Shown here piece after piece: positions 41,687 to 46,112 of a stretch of 46,112 nt of DNA. A model generated the notes under the pieces. That model did not search any database and had not been told where the DNA came from. It worked only from the letters and a program-made list of their open reading frames with translations. A program made the translations under genes and the position numbers. The DNA is from Thiogranum sp. (GTDB lineage: Bacteria; Pseudomonadota; Gammaproteobacteria; DSM-19610). The stretch is from NCBI GenBank assembly GCA_046757125.1, contig JBHHXO010000001.1, forward strand, positions 1-46,112, read 5' to 3'. Position 1 is the first letter of the stretch. Each line of letters begins with the position of its first letter.

Positions 41687-42703
41687 TCAGAGCGCCTCGG
41701 CTTTGGGCTCGCGCGCCAGCAAGGCATCGACTGCTGCTGAGGCGCTTTCGCCCTCATAGAGTACCCGCTTGACCTGTTGTGTGATCGGCATCTCCACCTG
41801 TTGTTTGTCCGCCAGCGCGGCAAGTTCTTTTGCGGTATGCAGGCCTTCAATTGCCTGGCCTATATCTGCGACCGCCTGTTCCAGCGGGGTGCCACGACCG
41901 ATTGCCAGCCCCAGGCGGCGATTGCGGGATTGATCATCGGTGCAGGTCAGCACCAGGTCGCCAACCCCGGCCAGGCCCATAAAGGTTTCCTGCCGGCCAC
42001 CCAGTTTAATGCCGAGGCGCATGATTTCGGCCAGCCCCCGGGTAATCAGCGCCGCACGTGCATTGGCGCCGTAGCCCAGTCCGTCCGATATGCCGGCGGC
42101 AATGGCGAGTACGTTCTTGATCGAGCCGCCGAGTTCCACGCCGGTCACGTCGTCGCTGGTATACGCCCGGAATCTGGGGCAGTGAAACAGCTTGACGACG
42201 CTGTGTGCATATTCGCTGTTTTCAGACGCTACTGTTACCGCAGTAGGCAAACCCAGGGCGACCTCCCTTGCGAAACTGGGGCCTGACAATACGGCTATAG
42301 CGCCATGCCCGGGCAGCTCCTCGTCCACCACCTGGTGAAGAAATTTTGCGCTGCCGGGTTCCAGCCCCTTGCTGGCCCATACCAGGTTGAACGAAGAACC
42401 GATCGCTGAACGGATTCTCTGCAGGACGGAGCGAAAGCCCGTGCTGGGTACGGCAACGAGAACCAAGTCGGAAGATTCAAGGGCGGGGTCAAGCTCGACA
42501 ACCGGGGACAGGCCTTCCGGAAAATCAATGCCTGGAAGATGGCGCTGGTTCGATTTGTCAGCCGCCAGCTTTTGTATGTGATCCCTGTCCCTGTCCCACA
42601 GCCGGACCTCGTTGCCGTTCCGGCCTAACAGCATCGCCAGTGCGGTACCCCAGGAACCGGCGCCCAGTACTGTGACAACCGGGCGTGATGTGTGCGGCGG
42701 CAT
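41687..42703 (-). CDS. gpsA: NAD(P)H-dependent glycerol-3-phosphate dehydrogenase
   Basis: GAGSWGTALA, SGPSFA, KNVLAIAAG and GDLVLTCTDDQSRN motifs; start at 42703 or 42724. Confidence 0.96.
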   Translation of the reverse strand: MPPHTSRPVVTVLGAGSWGTALAMLLGRNGNEVRLWDRDRDHIQKLAADKSNQRHLPGIDFPEGLSPVVELDPALESSDLVLVAVPSTGFRSVLQRIRSAIGSSFNLVWASKGLEPGSAKFLHQVVDEELPGHGAIAVLSGPSFAREVALGLPTAVTVASENSEYAHSVVKLFHCPRFRAYTSDDVTGVELGGSIKNVLAIAAGISDGLGYGANARAALITRGLAEIMRLGIKLGGRQETFMGLAGVGDLVLTCTDDQSRNRRLGLAIGRGTPLEQAVADIGQAIEGLHTAKELAALADKQQVEMPITQQVKRVLYEGESASAAVDALLAREPKAEAL

Positions 42704-42729
42704 AGAAGTCTGGTTTGTTTTCAATCGCT

Positions 42730-43203
42730 CTAATTGGCAGAAGCAGCCTGTTGTGCTCGCTCGGCAGCTTTCTCTGCGTACATGACATCAAAGTTGATTG
42801 GCGCCAGCAACAGTGGAGGGAATCCGCCTTTGGTGACCAGTCCGGAAATTTCTTCACGTGCATAGGGGAACAGGATGTTGGGGCAGTAGGCTCCAAGCAT
42901 GGTGCCTTTTTGTGCTTCGTCAAAGCCTTTGAGTGAAAATATACCCGCCTGCTGCACCTCGACCAGAAAACCGGTTTTCTCTCCCTGTTTGGCAGTCACT
43001 GTAATATTCAGGGCAACCTCGTGAAGATTGTCTTCTATCTTTTTGATGGCGGTATTCAACTGAAGACTTATTTCAGGCTTGAATTCTTCGGTAAAGACTT
43101 CGGGTGAATTGGGTGTTTCAAAGGAAACATCCTTGAGGTAAATTCGCAGAATCGCAAATTCTGCTTCTGTCTGGCTCGATGTTTGGTTGGTTTCTTCAGT
43201 CAT
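42730..43203 (-). CDS. secB: Protein export chaperone SecB
   Basis: RIYLKDVSFETP, QQAGIF, CPNILFPYARE and GGFPPLLLAPINF motifs. Confidence 0.97.
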   Translation of the reverse strand: MTEETNQTSSQTEAEFAILRIYLKDVSFETPNSPEVFTEEFKPEISLQLNTAIKKIEDNLHEVALNITVTAKQGEKTGFLVEVQQAGIFSLKGFDEAQKGTMLGAYCPNILFPYAREEISGLVTKGGFPPLLLAPINFDVMYAEKAAERAQQAASAN

Positions 43204-43230
43204 TATGAATATCCAGTAGTCGCTTTCAAT

Positions 43231-43662
43231 TTATCTTTTACTGACGGGAAGGTTGGCGCTTTGCCAGGCCGCGATTCCTCCGCCGAGATTGTACACGTTT
43301 TGGAAGCCGTGTTTTTTCAGAATACTGCCAACGCCGTTGGAACGGTTGCCGGAGCGGCAATAGGCTATAACCGGATGTTCCTTATACCTGTTTAGCTCTG
43401 CAACCCGCTCCGGTAACTGCTTGAGCGGTATATGGATGGCTTCCGGAATATGCCCGTCGTTGTATTCGCGATCCTCGCGCGTATCGAGAAATATGGCGTT
43501 TTCACGGTTACTCAGGCGGGTCGCCTGCGCGGGGCCTACGGATTTCATGCCATGCAGGCGCCGGGAGATCTCGCTGGCGAAGAGTGCGCCAAGTGTTCCG
43601 ACGAAAGCCAGGATCAGGATCGGGTGGTTACTGATGAATTCGGGAATACGGGCAAAATCCAC
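43231..43662 (-). CDS. Membrane-anchored rhodanese-domain protein (YibN-like)
   Basis: N-terminal TM segment, GHIPEA, active-site YCRSGNRS and LGGGIAAW. Confidence 0.9.
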   Translation of the reverse strand: MDFARIPEFISNHPILILAFVGTLGALFASEISRRLHGMKSVGPAQATRLSNRENAIFLDTREDREYNDGHIPEAIHIPLKQLPERVAELNRYKEHPVIAYCRSGNRSNGVGSILKKHGFQNVYNLGGGIAAWQSANLPVSKR

Positions 43663-43702
43663 GCTGGATTTCCTCCAGTTGCAGGTGTCGCGGCGTTGTT
43701 GC

Positions 43703-44053
43703 TCAGCTGTTGGAAGGCATGCTGCAGAATACTTCCCGCATCATGCCGATCAGGCGCAGGGTACGTGAATCGCTCACCCTGTAATAGACCCGGTTGGCAT
43801 CCTTGCGCGATGCAAGAATACCCTTGTCCCTCAGGATCGCAAGGTGCTGGGAGATGTTGCTCTGGGAGGTTCCGACGTGTTCCACGATATCCTGTACGCT
43901 GACTTCCTGGTCGCCTAGCGTGCACAGGATCTTGAGACGCAACGGGTGAGACATTGCCTTCAGGGAACGGGATGCGCGATCAATATCTTCGTCGCGCGTA
44001 ATGAGGGTTTCACTGGCCGGGGCCATCAGCATTTTCTCCACCTGCGGTGCCAT
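43703..44053 (-). CDS. ArsR/SmtB-family regulator, BigR/SqrR/YgaV-like (start may be 44026)
   Basis: LKAMSHPLRLKILC, SQSNISQHLAILR, VYYR and C-terminal VFC. Confidence 0.88.
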   Translation of the reverse strand: MAPQVEKMLMAPASETLITRDEDIDRASRSLKAMSHPLRLKILCTLGDQEVSVQDIVEHVGTSQSNISQHLAILRDKGILASRKDANRVYYRVSDSRTLRLIGMMREVFCSMPSNS

Positions 44054-44247
44054 CTACAACGTAATGAAAAAGCGCGCCTGGACCAATGTTTTAGCCCTGC
44101 CCTTTATAATCAAAACATTATACAATAATACGCCTGTGAAGAAAGTCGCAAATTGTTCCAGTGTAACCGATCGGCATAGCCAGCCTGCCGGTATCAGGTT
44201 AGACTTAGTCTAAGTCATTGTGAACCACCCTTGGTTTAATTGAGGTT

Positions 44248-45840
44248 ATGTCAAAATCACCACGCCCTGTAGCCCTTATCATCCTGGATGGTTGGGGGTA
44301 CAGCGAAGAACTTGCATCGAACGCGATAGCCGCCGCCAATACCCCGGTCTGGGACCGGATGTGGCGGGAGTACGCCCACAGTTTTATCCGCACCTCCGGT
44401 GCAGCGGTGGGGTTGCCGGGAGACCAGATGGGTAACTCCGAAGTCGGGCACCTGAATCTCGGCGCCGGCCGGGTTGTGTACCAGGAATTCACGCGCGTCA
44501 GCCGCTCGATCAAGACCGGTTCATTTTTCAATAATGCAACCCTGACGGACGCTGTCGATCTGGCGATCTCGTCTGACAAGGCCGTACACGTTATCGGCTT
44601 GCTGTCGCCTGGCGGCGTGCATAGTCACGAGGATCATATTCATGCCATGGTCCGCCTGGCGGTGGAACGTGGCGCCGGCAGTGTCTATCTGCACGCATTC
44701 CTCGATGGCCGCGATACCCCGCCGCGCAGCGCCGCGGCCTCCATCCAGGCGATGGATGACAAATTCCGGGAACTGGGGAACGGCCGGTTTGCCTCGATTA
44801 TCGGTCGCTACTATGCCATGGATCGTGACCATCGCTGGCCCCGTATCCAGGCGGCCTACGATCTTATTACCCGGGGCAAGGCGGATTTCGAAGCGCAGGA
44901 TGCCATCGGCGGGCTGGAGATGGCTTACGCGCGCGACGAGGGCGACGAGTTTGTAAAAGCCACGCGCATAGTGCCCGAGGGTGGGCAGCCCGTCAGGGTT
45001 GAAGACGGCGACGTCGTGGTTTTCATGAACTTTCGATCCGACCGGGCACGTCAGATCACGCGCCCCTTCATAGAGGATGACTTCGACGGTTTTGAGCGCG
45101 AGGCCGTTCCCCGACTGGGTCGTTTCGTCAGCCTTACCGAATACAACGCTGAATTTGAAGTGCCCGTAGCCTTCCCGCCGGAGCGTTTAAAAAACGTGTT
45201 TGGCGAATACGTAGCCAAACTGGGATTACGCCAGTTGCGGTTGGCGGAAACCGAGAAATATGCGCACGTCACCTTCTTTTTCAACGGCGGCAGGGAAGAG
45301 CCGTTTGAAGGCGAGGACCGTATCCTGGTGCCATCACCCCTGGTGGCGACCTATGACCTGAAACCGGAAATGAGCGCAGTGGAAGTTACCGACCACCTTG
45401 TTGAAGCCATCCGGGGTGACAGGTATGACGTTATTATCTGTAACTACGCCAACCCGGATATGGTCGGCCACACGGGTAATTTTGATGCGGCGGTCAAGGC
45501 GATAGAAACCATCGACCGGTGTCTGGGACGGGTGCTCGACGCATTGCAGGCGGCAGGTGCTGAGGCGCTGATTACCGCTGATCACGGCAACGCCGAACAG
45601 ATGCGCGGCAAGGAAACCGGGCAGGCGCATACCGCCCATACCTCCAATCCGGTACCGCTGTTATATGTTGGCAGAAAAGCGCAGATGGTGGATGGCGCGC
45701 TGGCCGATGTCGCTCCCAGCATCCTGTACCTGATGGGGCTCGAAGCGCCGCGGGAAATGACGGGGCGCTCGCTGCTGGAACTGTTGCCCGAGCAGTCCGG
45801 CGCAAACCCGGTGACAGCGCAGCAGGAGGCGGAGGCCTGA
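44248..45840 (+). CDS. gpmI: 2,3-bisphosphoglycerate-independent phosphoglycerate mutase
   Basis: [29 protein letters not shown] and TADHGNAE motifs. Confidence 0.98.
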   Translation: MSKSPRPVALIILDGWGYSEELASNAIAAANTPVWDRMWREYAHSFIRTSGAAVGLPGDQMGNSEVGHLNLGAGRVVYQEFTRVSRSIKTGSFFNNATLTDAVDLAISSDKAVHVIGLLSPGGVHSHEDHIHAMVRLAVERGAGSVYLHAFLDGRDTPPRSAAASIQAMDDKFRELGNGRFASIIGRYYAMDRDHRWPRIQAAYDLITRGKADFEAQDAIGGLEMAYARDEGDEFVKATRIVPEGGQPVRVEDGDVVVFMNFRSDRARQITRPFIEDDFDGFEREAVPRLGRFVSLTEYNAEFEVPVAFPPERLKNVFGEYVAKLGLRQLRLAETEKYAHVTFFFNGGREEPFEGEDRILVPSPLVATYDLKPEMSAVEVTDHLVEAIRGDRYDVIICNYANPDMVGHTGNFDAAVKAIETIDRCLGRVLDALQAAGAEALITADHGNAEQMRGKETGQAHTAHTSNPVPLLYVGRKAQMVDGALADVAPSILYLMGLEAPREMTGRSLLELLPEQSGANPVTAQQEAEA

Positions 45841-45843
45841 TCC

Positions 45844-46112
45844 TTGTTGTCAGGCGATTACAAGAGCTCCCCAACCGGCAGTTTCTGGTCTGTTTGCCTG
45901 CTGTGCTGTCTGTTGCTGTTGCCTGTATACGGCAGCGCCGATGATGATCCTGCTGCGAAGGCGGCGGAGCTGGCGACGCTGCGCTCACGGATACAGGCGC
46001 TGCAGCAGGAACTGGAGCGCAACCAGAGCAAAAAGAGCCGTGCGGAGCAGAAACTGCGCGCTGTCGAAAGGAAAATCAGTCAAACCAGTCGTGAATTGAG
46101 GCGCGTCGAGCG
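45844..46112 (+). CDS. envC: Partial murein hydrolase activator EnvC (runs off the window end)
   Basis: Open frame from TTG 45844 with a GGAGG RBS: signal-like segment, then a coiled coil (ELATLRSRIQALQQELE...). gpmI-envC synteny supports the call. Confidence 0.7.
   Translation, partial: MLSGDYKSSPTGSFWSVCLLCCLLLLPVYGSADDDPAAKAAELATLRSRIQALQQELERNQSKKSRAEQKLRAVERKISQTSRELRRVE

Overview
Origin-proximal chromosomal window of a GC-rich gammaproteobacterium; gene content suggests a Chromatiales-like organism, but that is inference. It opens with a probable oriC segment (DnaA boxes, AT-rich unwinding region) followed by dnaN-recF-gyrB. dnaN is interrupted by one in-frame TAG at a position that is Gln in E. 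coli, and recF contains two parS sites. Next come plsC, a MazG-like gene, glySQ, a hypothetical/tRNA-thiolase-like/TusA/CDF operon, and glnA-DUF4124-glnL-glnG with NtrC and sigma54 sites. A ~22.6 kb minus-strand block (17391-39985) holds two type IV filament modules in tandem behind a sigma54-type promoter. Module A has an ExeA/MshM-like ATPase, an MshL-like secretin, a TPR protein, a PilB/GspE ATPase, a platform protein, alignment proteins, pilins and an ABC module. Module B is MSHA-like, with its own ATPase, platform and five pilins but no secretin of its own in the window. The window ends with class-1 pyrD, trmL, gpsA, secB, a rhodanese, a two-Cys ArsR regulator, gpmI and the start of envC. 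All calls come from motif and sequence recognition by eye; no searches were run.
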